Assembly (NCBI GenBank): GCA_022813965.1
Contig: JALDZS010000228.1
Span: forward strand, 1-34,635
Reading direction: 5' to 3'
From: Toensbergia leucococca
Lineage: Eukaryota
DNA: 34,635 nucleotides
Shown: positions 22,681 to 33,417 of the stretch, one piece after another
How the letters are laid out: the number at the start of each line of letters is the position of its first letter
Numbering within the stretch: the first letter of the stretch is position 1
Notes under the pieces: generated by a model
Seen by the model: only the letters and a program-made list of their open reading frames with translations
Databases searched by the model: none
Told to the model about the DNA's origin: nothing
Program-made: the position numbers and the translations under genes

Positions 22681-24271
22681 ATTTATATCAGGCCAGTTGT
22701 CTCTGGCAGGGTAAATTGCGATGTGCAGGGTGCTGTTTGCGGCCAGCATTGGTTCAACCCCGACTACTGACCACCTCGCCATATGAGCAGAAGCTCTTAA
22801 AATGAAACATAAACCTTAAAATTCAATTCATTCGGGTTCCGAACTTCCGCAACATCAAAACTTCTGCTTCACACAAGTCTGCAACACTCTGCCTTTCTGT
22901 GACAACTCTTAGGAGGATTTTGTCCATCAAACATACTTTACATCGTCGACTTGCTGGTATTACTACCGCTGCTAAGATCTCTAGAAAATGGAAGAGACGT
23001 TGCATTCTCCGTCGGGATAGATCGGCTGACTCGTCGAGACAATTGGATATTCCAAGCGTCAAATCTCCTCTTCCTATGAGATACTGCATTTACGAAGTTT
23101 CAGTAGCCTTTCTCTCTTCAGCTACAGATGGTAGTATTTCTTTGAAGCGATCAAGAGAAGCGCCATTTGCCCCTTCCTACATTTCTCATCGTCTCAGCTA
23201 TTCAAGATAGGCAGGAGGAACCATGCAAGTAGATTATGAGATGATCACAGCATCTCCGGCCTACTCCGAATAGAAAGTATGACAGGCGCGGTACCGCCTG
23301 CACTTGACCTAGCAAGAGTTTCGTCGGGGCCGAAGCTCTTTTTCTGAGAAGAGAAGAGAAGACACGAAAAGAGCAGACTACTTGATATACGGAATAGCAC
23401 AGTACATGAACAAGTACAGCTTTTTTGACTTACTGTTCCATCTAGTTCATGGGGGATAGTCGTGTGCCAGGAAAGCTCGGATACCCATCCTGAAAGAAGC
23501 CCCAGCAAATAGGCAGACGAACAGAGAAGCCTTGTGAACCAACGGTCGATGGTAGGCTTTTCAACGAGCATTCATGCAGAGTACACTTGGACACCGCAAG
23601 CTGCATGTCTGACTGTGGAGATGGTGTACTCAAGGCTGAGCAATGCTGCACATGGAATCCATCCCAAAGCAACAGATGCAGCGATTCCCAGGGAAACAAC
23701 TTGTTCTTCAGCATAGCTGCTCTGTAGACATCGTGTGCCCTATTATCCCAGAGTTTAATTATTATTGATGGGGGTTTGTCAGAAGAAGTACCTATGAACA
23801 GGACGTCTTTTTACAGTTGGTCGTCTGTCGTCACTGCTACGCCAAGCACGCTTTAGGTAATCAACTTCAGCCTGAAATAGCAGTCACATTCAACCAGCTT
23901 TAGAGTACTTCTGATCTTGCAATCAAAGCCTGTGCACTCGTACAATAGCAAATTACATGGTTGGTAGCAGGCCTGTATTTCCTGGTAATAATATATATTT
24001 GCAATCAATAATTTTTAGAAGAATGGAACTTTCAGGTAAGGACTTGACACTTCGTTCGTAATAGCTTTATACGCATATCTGGTCTCCGTAAGATTCTACA
24101 ATACTAGATATATAGAAAGAGAAACAGACACGTGCCTCAAAAGCGCAAACCCTGGGATTTCGCCGCTGCCCCTATATCCATCCAAATTCCCCCGAGGTAT
24201 TGCCCCCTATGCGACGGCCCTCCTAAATGAAATATCCCATACAATCCCAATCCAACACCAAAAAGCCTGAA

Positions 24272-27200
24272 TTAACGATTCAGATGTCCGCTCATACCGC
24301 TCATACCATCCGCTTCATCAACGCCGGGGTTTATTCCTTGTATTTGCGTATCCCCCACCGATCCTGGAATCCCAAGATCCGTTACGTACCCCATACTTCC
24401 TCCAAAATCGCCATCTCCTGCGATATCCGGTGGGGCGAGATTGAACGGCATGAACCACGCGCTCGTGGACATGTCGGAAAATCCGCCAGAACCGATCTGT
24501 GAGAAGTCCACCTGGTGGTCCCACATAGCCCCACTGCTATTTGTGATCCCACCGAGAGCAGAGGAGGTCGAAGCCGTAAGGTCTGAATCCGCATATGCGC
24601 TATAGACAAACTGCCGGTCTAGCTGTGGAAGTAGACCTTGGTTATTAGAATTAATGGAAAGAAGATCAGGGACATATGACCGAGGGAAAGCCTCTTGATT
24701 TGAGTTGAAGACGCCTTGCTGTGAGTGATGAGGAAATGAGCTGGGGCCGATTATCTGCTGCTCCTCCATAGAAAGGCCCGGTATTGGATTAAACATCTGA
24801 TGTTCCATCTTCACGTCTAGCTCTAGTGATTGTGAGGGCTGGTCCACATTGAAAGTACCTTTACCGTTTTTCTTAGGCGCCTTACGCGGGTGTGATACTA
24901 GAGATCGTGGAGACGTATTACTAAAGAATTGTTCAACGCTTTGGAGATCGGATTTCTGACTTAGAACAGCGTCATTTCCAGACTCTTTTTTGATCTCTAC
25001 AGCAGGATCCTGGTAATCGGTCTCCGACACGCCATGAGGATACTTGTTGAACCAATCCCCGTATTGGAAGATTTCGGCGGTTTGAGATATTACTCCACCG
25101 ATCCTTGGGCCTTTCAATGTGACGTCTGCATGCTGCCGATATATTTCTTTGATGTTCTCGTTCATGAAATGAAACATGCCCCAATGCTTTTTCATCTTAC
25201 TCAGATATTTGACGTTACGAGCAAGATTTCTCTTCGAAGAAGACTCCAATTGAGGGTTCCTTGAAAATATTCCCCACACATGTACTGTACTTGACATGAA
25301 TGCGCAATAACCATTGAAGGGCGCCACTAGTTGATGATCCGACCCTTCATCGAGAAGCGTCGAAATTTGGTTAGCTGCATCTATTGCCACAGGCCCTGCT
25401 TCGCTGAGGAAAGTATGGGGCATGTTATTAGGTGGTTTTCCACCTGGGGATGTGGGTATTGCGAAGCGATTGAGAAACAAGACGACTTGATTGTAAGAAA
25501 CGTGTAAGAATAAGAATTGAGATGCCATCTTCTCAGCTGCATGGTTCTGTAAATTCGCTTTCGAATATTGAATAGAAGCAGGCAATGAGGCTCTGAACTT
25601 TTCAACCTGCCCCTTCAGCTCTGTGAATTGAGACTTAGGGTCCCATATCGGATACGCATCATTGTCCTTCCCACCCATATTGAGGTATTTGACCACACGA
25701 CCCCAGAGAGCTATGAGACGGATCATATATGAAGCAACTCCCATATTTTTCTTCGAATCCGACAATTGTCCAGTGTCAGGCGCCGCAAGGTTTGATACTT
25801 CGCCATCTAAATTTTCCGTGGGACCGGGGATTTCCATCTGGAAATGCGATTCTTTGATCGGTAGCTGGACCTTGACAGTTTCTTCGTTTGAACATGTTGG
25901 TCGTTCGGTACCCGAAGAATTAAATCGATCCATCACAAAGCAAGCCCACATGGTTCTTCGACGAATCTCTCGATCGGTGGAGCTGAGTTCAGAGTTTTGT
26001 TTGGCACAAGGGTCATGATTTAGTTCCCGATGAAGTTGCAAGGCGTACGCCATTCGCATGGCCATCCCGCCCAGCATCCAGCTTCGTCCACCTTGGCAAG
26101 TCCCAAACTCATGTAGACCAAGGATCAAAAGAACTGTAAGAATGGTTATGCTTGGCTCATCGTACCGTCTCAACGCAATATTCCGCGCCGGGCTTGCCCA
26201 GCTTTCACCCCGGAGGAAAGCTGGTTCCGAATTGACCTGTGGATGAGTTGAGAAGCGCGCTGAGACGGCGCATACAGCGAGAACCAATACAGGAGGCACA
26301 GTCCCAGCACTACATATTCATTAGCCGTAAGTTTCAAATATATAAATCGACTGGATCATCTACCGTAATCTTCTCATGAAGCTTGGCTTATGTAAAAGGA
26401 GGTATGATTGCCCGTATACGCAATCAAAGAAGACTTCTGATAAATGTTCCTGTATTTGTTTCGAAGGTAGATTCTCTGCACCCTCAGTGAGAAGTTTATT
26501 TTCGTCCGACTCCAGTCCTTTAGAATTTTGGCTGGAACCGAGCCCTGAATTGCTAGTCCTTGCATGGGCCCATTCTTCTAATTCTGTCCCAAATGCTTCT
26601 CCAGCAATCCTCTTCTTTCCGCTGCCAGCTTTTACGGACTGTGCTGACGTCGAAGGTCTGACATTTGCTCTTTCTATAGCTGAAGCATCACCCATTTCCG
26701 ATTTCGGTATGAGTTTGATAACTCTTTCCTCCATCCTTTTCAACCGCTTATCTAACATTGCCATGTAGTCTGTTCTCGGAGCAGCTTTTCTAGTGGTGAC
26801 CTTATAGACACACGGAGTTCGTGATCGAAGACAGTGTTTACAGGCAGGTTTTTCACCAGAGCATCGTATTTTCTTGCGTCTGCATGCTATGCATGCAAGA
26901 GGTAGTCTCTTGCGATCTTTGCCTGCTTTTGTCTTCAATTCGCTCCATGGCGGCCTTTTTTCGTTGTCGGCTTTCTCCCTTGAGTCCCTGCCATTGCCTT
27001 CGTCGGTTCCAACATCGTCGACGCGTAATATATTTTCATCTGATACACGCTGACCGAAGCCGCGGGAGCTCGTGGGACTAGTGGCCTCCGAGTTGTCCAT
27101 ACTGCTCCTTCGATTATGATGGGAGCCTTGCACGACACTACCAAAACTTGGCCGATGGCCTTGAACAGATGTCACCGAGGCTGGCCCTCCCGAGCGATCG

Positions 27201-27553
27201 GAGAATGGGGCCTGGCCTCGCTGGCCCACGAATGTCCTGGGATCTTGTGGTGAATCTATCCTTCCATCAATAGAGCTGGGATAGCTTTGCCTTTGGCTGT
27301 GAGACTTATTCTGGTATGCAATCTCGAAGTCAGGGTATGGAGAAATGGGAATTGCCGAGGCATGACTCAACCGGCGCTGCTGCTGGTGGGAGTTTTGTGG
27401 CGATGTTTCCAAACGTGGATGGCGAGAGTCGGGGACTGCATAACCATTGAGATTAAGAGAATCATCCCGAGAAGGAGTAGGGTAGTGAAGCATAACCTCG
27501 TTAGGTGAGTAGCCTTGATGGTTTTGTAGATTATGGTTGTTGGACGACGACAT
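24272..27553 (-). CDS. Zn(II)2Cys6 transcription factor with fungal-specific TF domain, Prf-like, 2 exons, ~1075 aa
   Basis: Exons 27553-26364 and 26309-24272 (3228 nt; intron GTAGAT...GCTAAT...TAG). Binuclear cluster ACIACRRKKIRCSGEKPACKHCLRSRTPCVY; middle region LLHKPSF...GMAMRMAYALQLH...EIRRRTMWACFVMDR. The Prf resemblance is from memory of the KTKAGKDRKRLPLAC motif. The start codon is the first in-frame ATG. Confidence 0.92.
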
Positions 27554-28163
27554 TGTACAATGTAGTTGTCGCGCCCCCACTATGATGACCTGCAGACAAT
27601 GACGTTGGGAAGGAAATATACACTTCTCTAAGCGATAGACTCATGTGTCGGACGAGTGACTGGTTGAAATAGAGGAGAGAAGGTGATGGCCACATGGCTA
27701 TCGCAGTGCAGAATTGATGTCGTTTGAGTGGCAAGATAAGTGGTCCTGGCAGGGTACGAGTGCGGCTGGCATTGGTGAGTACCTAAACCTTGGATCAATT
27801 GCTTGTGCTGGAGTAGGGAATACAGCGTACATAACTACAGCAGGCAGGGTCTCGGCCTATGGGAAGGCATGACGTATATTATCCCCTGTTGTTCTGAGCC
27901 TCCGCATTTTCCATCGAATCCCATTTCGGAATATGCCCGCTGCCTGAAAGTTTCTTAACGGGAGCGATGAGTTGATCAATTGACACGCTTCAAATTGCTG
28001 GATCATTAATAGATTAAGAAATGCGTTGACCTTGCCGCCATGAGAGTGGTGCATTGTATAGCGACCGCTTCAGCACCTGCCTCGATGTCACCTTCGCCAG
28101 CAAGAGAGCGAAGACGTGCCACCTAGAGCCTGGGCCTGGTATGCGTTTGAGCATACTCTGACC

Positions 28164-30658
28164 ATGTACCAAGCTCCTCTTCGTCCTCCGTCCTACTTGC
28201 AGCCACGTCTCAAAGCTGTTCCAACTTCCAGCAGTACTGCGCATGCCGCTCTTGCTACGGCCACACCGCCTCAACTCTCGAGATCATCATCGCCAAACCG
28301 CCAAACGCCATCCACCCATCCTAATACGCCCTTTGACACTTCAGACAAGGCGACTGCAGCCCTTATCAGACGCGTGCTTTGCCCACATGCCCATGGATCG
28401 ACCGATCCTCGCCCCACAGAGGAGCTACTTCCGCCATTGACCAGTAGGAATGACATCGACCTGCAGCTTTACGCTATTATTGCTATTGTGGTGAAAGAAT
28501 TTGTGTATAGTTGGTATGGTAAGATCACGCCAGATCAGGGCTTTGTGGAGGAGGTGGTCGGCCTTGTCGCCCATTGTACAAGAGCACTGGAAGGCAGGTT
28601 GAGGGCGATCGATTTGGAGAATGTCATTTTTGATGAGCTCCCCGAATTAGTAGAGAACCATATAAACGGTTAGTGATGTTATTGCTCGAAAGTCTCTCCT
28701 GGAAAGAAAGATTGCTGATGACTGAAAGAAAACTAGCATATCGAATTGGTCATGAGTCCTCTTATCGAACACCATTGTTTACAGACCCCCGGGTCATATA
28801 CCATACTCTCTATCCACATCCTGCGCTGTCACCCATTCCGGACCCCGCTTTACCATCCACTATAACCGAGCAATCGGAGCATGAAGCAAAGTACAGACAA
28901 TTACTGATTCAAGGCGTGCTCGCAGTCTTGCTGCCTACCGAGGATCTAGAGAACGCCTGTTTACGAACGCTAGTTGCGGATGTCATTGGAGAGATGATAC
29001 TTGGAAACAGTCTCGGAGGTAAGGCATGTGAATGTTGGTTCGTCTGGGAGGGTATCACGAAGACCGCAAACGCAGTGAAAGCTCTTCTGGAACCTAAGAC
29101 AAGCGGCAATGAGATTAAGATAGACACGAGGAATCGACTGGAAAAATTTGGCCTGCTGTCGAACGAAGGCGGCGGCGTCACAAAACAGCAAACTAGACGG
29201 TCGCTGTCATCGGAAATACTCTGGCGCATCCTGCAATATGGCTACCTGACATTCGTTACAGCCCGCTTCATCATCCTTGGCCTTGTTGCGGCATCCTCAC
29301 GGCCTCCGCGTGTTACGTCGACGTGGAATATAGCAAAAACAACAGAGTCATCACCAATCAACAAATCCTCAGAACCGCCCAGGCCTCTCCGACCGACCCT
29401 CACCTTCAAAATCTTTTCGTTTGTCTCAAGTCTTCTCGATCTCCCAATCCGCATGCCCTGGCTCTCTGGATCGCTGTCTCTCCTCCAATACCGCATCGTC
29501 ACGGGCCCCCTCAAGTTGGGAGCCACCAACGGAACAATTGACCAGTAAGTCCTGTCCCAGCCACTTCTGCAATTCTGTTGGTCGGGCACCCATGCAGGTA
29601 TATTCCGTCCTCGCATGAAGTTGAGGTCACTTGACTTCGAAGTGGCTGCACGCGTGACCACCCTTAGCGCGGGGCTTGTTGGGCCGCATCGCTTCCGCGT
29701 TATCGTCCTGCATCTGCGTGCTACCCTTGTCCGTGCCAGGATGTTCAAGCCGTGATTCTCACCACAGCAATTCCTCCCTCGCATCCTAGTCCTGTGCAGA
29801 TTATTTGCATTGTGCAATCTAACAACCTTTTCCATCAATCCTTTTCCAAACAATAATGCAATTCTACCCCCAATTTGGTTTTTATATTTCTCCATTCCTT
29901 CACACAAACATCCTCGTCAACATTAGCCCATATTCCTAGGCGCCCGGCTTATGAAAATACGAAAGAAAGCCTGCACGATCTGCGGGATCGACCCTTCCTT
30001 TCCCGCATCCACTGTCCATTGAAGAGAACAATTTTAAAAAAGACACTCATCAATCCCACACAAGCCACAGTCGCACAAAGCCTCCTGCTCATCTCCCCAT
30101 TTCCCTCTTTCCCCTCATCAGTCCCTCGGGCGCTTTACTGCCAGCGATCATTACTTCCAAATCGCTCAGGAGCCACACCTCGCAAGGACCTTCCATGTCC
30201 ATTTACTACCATTTCCTCTGTTCAATGAACAACACACCTATAAACACCGAAAAAACTAACCTCTTCCCATCCGCAGATTCCTCCACAACCTACTCCACAG
30301 CCTCCTCTCCCCCTCCTGTCTTCCCCCAACCCTCCTCGCCCTCCGCACAACTCTATTCCCCCTCAATACCCTCGCCGCAGCCCCTGTTCCCCCATCCGCC
30401 TCCCAATACCCGGTCATAAAACGTACCTGCGCCCTTTCCCTGCTCGCCCTCCTCCCTCCTGCTCTCGGAGCCAGGTTCTTCAACACTGGGGACGAGGAGG
30501 TGCAGATCCGGGAGGTGGAAGTCGTTTTGGACGTGTTTGGGGACGGGTATCTGAACCGGCATTTGGGGTACGCGGTGCTGGAGTTGGTGGTTGTGCGACT
30601 GGTGCCCGAGATGGGGGAAAAGGGGGTGCGGGAGTTGATGGAAGGACGGTTGGGTTGA
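28164..30658 (+). CDS. PXA-domain protein with Nexin_C-like C-terminus, 3 exons, ~564 aa
   Basis: Exons 28164-28668, 28737-29544, 30277-30658 (1695 nt, in phase). PXA motifs LPPLTSRNDIDLQLYAIIAIVVKEFVYSWYGKIT and LLPTEDLENACLRTLV. The last exon, absent from the ORF track, encodes LRTTLFP...VLDVFGDGYLNRHLGYAVLELVVVRLVPEM. Confidence 0.88.
29545..30276 (+). other. Unusually long (732 nt) spliceosomal intron in the PXA gene
   Basis: Donor GTAAGT at 29545; branch ACTAAC and pyrimidine tract ending CAG at 30276. Splicing here restores the frame into a protein-like last exon. Confidence 0.8.
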
Positions 30659-31162
30659 TTTTGTTCAGGTGGCATGTTGAGACTGCAGAGCAAAAAGGAC
30701 GTTGATTATATACTTGCTTTGCTCAATTCATCAACTCGTCCAGATTTCCCTCTCCAGCAAAACGAAAACCCTAAAAGGAAACAAGAGTATTCACATTATC
30801 CCACCCAAAAACCGCCGTAATTACAAGTTCTGTGCCATCCCCTCTGATTCTGCCCATCTCCTCCGACTCTCCCTCTCATCGTCCAGAAAGCAAAATGGAA
30901 GAAACAACATCATGAGTCCCTCAAACGTTTTCCAAGCACTAAACAAATCTCTCAAGCCGCGAGGCTGGGGTATGTCTTTTCTTTCTCTTCTTTTTCCGAA
31001 AAACCAACAGATTCTCTCTCTCTCGAAGCAACGTGAGGAGCCAGAAGAAAATCGGAAAACAACAATAAAACGAAAAAGCGAACATTTGTGGAATGCCCCT
31101 TGTCTCCCCTGTGGCCATTTGCACATTCTCTGTAGGAAAAAGGGAATGGGGATGGGGATTAT

Positions 31163-31190
31163 AAGAGAGAAAGAGAGAGAGTGTGTGTGT
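31163..31190. repeat. Compound (AG)n(TG)n microsatellite between convergent genes
   Basis: aagagagaaagagagagagtgtgtgtgt read directly from the sequence. Confidence 0.7.
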
Positions 31191-31337
31191 ATATCAAATG
31201 GAAACGATGACTCCGATCCCATCCATTGCCAGTTCCAAAATCCAAATCGCGCGTCCATATTTCAAGGTAAAAAGGATTTCCAATCAAAGAGAGTGTTTTG
31301 CAAGAGACAAATATAGAGGCGAAAGGAAAACATCCAG

Positions 31338-33125
31338 TCACAAGGATCGCATACTCCTCTTTCTCCCCACTGGCCCCATCTTGCCTTCCCTGTCCCCTAC
31401 ATCCATAGAGTGCATCCCGCCGGGCAAGCCCGTCCCTTGCAGCTTGAGCTTCTCCATCAGCTTCCCCATGGTGATGTACTCTTGCGGATCCACCACGCCA
31501 GATGGTTGGTGCTGGAAAAAAGTCATGAGAGTTTCCAGGGCGCGGCGGGCTTCGTCTTGAGAGGGGGGACCCATGACCGGAGAGGAAACATTGCTGGAGC
31601 TGCCGGATGGGTTGGGAGGTGGAGCCATGGAGGTGGGGCTGCTGGATTGGGACGGAGTGTTGCCTTGGGGGCTGTGATGGGAGTGAGAATGAACGGCGGA
31701 GTCGATGCTTAGAGGTGGTTCGGGGAGCTCTTCGATTGGCGATTCTAGGACCGGCGTTGATAATGATTGTTGCAGGTAGTTGGGGGTTTGGGGCTCGGCA
31801 GAAGCTGGGGGTGTTATGTATGAAGGTTCTACGCCGACCATGGGAAACGTTTGACTGCGAGGACGGACTGTGTTGGTGCTGGCGAGAGGGGGTAGGTGAG
31901 CCTGCTGGGAAGGTGAAAAGGGACTTCGGCCGCAACTAGAATCTGGTGAATAGAAGGGTGACGGTGGACTTCTAGGATCGCCAGAGAAGGAAGACGGGGC
32001 CGTGGTATCCGAGTAGCACGTCGCAAGTGATGTCGCGCTCTGGGAGTGAGCATGCCTGTAGCTGGCTGAGAAGTCGATGTAACTATCGGGGCTGTCGGTC
32101 TTCGAATTCTCGTGACTTTGATCTGGCGAGCATGGAGCTAAGCCCAATGGTGAGATCGGGGAGATACCGTTGGGTGTATCTGAACCGGATCTTGACTCTG
32201 CATTCAGACCGCCCTCAGTTTCGGTCTCAGATCCCTTACGAGGTCTAGCGCCGAGAAGATGATTTTTCTGTTTGAACTTTTCAAGCCAGCTAATGCTGTT
32301 CACTTTCACATGACATTCAGAACTTCCAACGGTCGTGGCAAAGAATCTGGCTTTGTCTCGAATGATCCCATCACTCAGAGGTAGTCCTTGGCGTTGGTGG
32401 TTTCTCGCCCAATTGGACAGAGCTCGCTCAATATCTGGGAACTTGCCTTTGGATCTTTTGATGGGTGATCGACTGCCATCATCGGGAAAGAGATACTTAT
32501 CCTTTTGGCGTAAAACCTTGGAGACAGTACTGCGCTGGATATCAGCCCTGACCCTCTTACCAGGGATTGATACACTGGTGAATTAAAACTTTACCTTCGT
32601 TCAACACCAAACATCGCTAATCAAGCATCAGTCAGTATCAAAGCTCCTTGAAAAGGAGGACTACGTAGAAAACTTACACCCGATCTCCGTTTGCTTGACA
32701 GTTGGGTTGTCTTCATGGTACTGGCACATTCGTCGCCTATCTTGGTCGGTGAGAGTTCTTCTTTGGGTCGACGGAGCCGGCGAGCTTGCCACGGGCGGGA
32801 GTGGGTGAGCCGATGCAATGGTAGATGCTGGGGCCAACGAGGAGGGTAATGGCATGATGGGGGGAACGCTGCTCCCCGGATTGGTCAACATACTTGGCCA
32901 TTGTGGCATGATCAGAGGATGCAGTGATTGATGAGTCGAGTAGGATGGCTGGATGGGGCGATTGTATGTTGGCTCCATGGGAGATACAAATGCGAAGCCA
33001 TTGTACTCGTGGGCGGGCGACTGATGTTGGGACGAATGATAATCAGCGATGTCGACCCATTGACCATTCTGGAAATCGTCGTCTTGGTGGTGTTGTTGCT
33101 CGGTCTTCATCATGATCGAGTCCAT
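31338..33125 (-). CDS. CENP-B-like DNA-binding protein (CENP-B N-terminal HTH + Tc5-type HTH), no DDE domain, 3 exons, ~553 aa
   Basis: Exons 33125-32678, 32616-32595 (22-nt micro-exon), 32529-31338 (1662 nt). HTH1 RRTLTDQDRRRMCQYHEDNPTVKQTEIGSMFGVERSTVSKVLR; HTH2 KFPDIERALSNWARNHQRQGLPLSDGIIRDKARFFA...SWLEKFKQKN; then a Ser/Pro-rich region and a C-terminal helical segment. Confidence 0.9.
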
Positions 33126-33182
33126 GGTCGGGCGGTGGACTCGATGTCGAGGGAGCTTTCTCTAAGAATTGATGTTCCTGGG

Positions 33183-33417
33183 CTAGTCGTCCAATAGTGT
33201 CAGATCTCCAGCGGGGGAGCGTGCATGAAGCATATTCTAGCAGGAGCAGGGGCCGTTAGAGCATAGCCGAAGCAGTATCATAATAAAATGCAATAAAATG
33301 GAAATGGAAATTCCTTGTTCTCTGCTCGCAATAATTATTAATTATCGTGCATGTTTTGAAATGGTGGAGGGCGGGTATTTAGTCAGAAGAAGGTACGGCA
33401 CGCACGTCTCTCTCCAT
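33183..33417 (-). promoter_or_regulatory. Putative 5'-UTR intron (33405-33237) with an intron-split 21-aa uORF upstream of the CENP-B-like gene
   Basis: Donor GTGCGT at 33405, branch CTAAC, acceptor CTAG ending at 33237. The spliced product reads ATG GAG AGA GAC | AAT ATG CTT...GAC TAG (MERDNMLHARSPAGDLTLLDD*). Confidence 0.4.

Noticed and set aside
29550..29620. HDV-like ribozyme (GTCCCAGCC, TCCTCGC) or TPP riboswitch in the PXA intron
   Set aside because: The required P1/P3 pairings and order are absent, and there is no CTGAGA TPP core.
30702..31316. 204-aa plus and 145-aa minus ORFs between the PXA and CENP-B-like genes
   Set aside because: They span microsatellite-containing convergent 3' regions and have no domain signal.
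31338..33125. Active pogo/Tc5 transposon
   Set aside because: No DDE catalytic domain and no terminal inverted repeats or target-site duplication seen.
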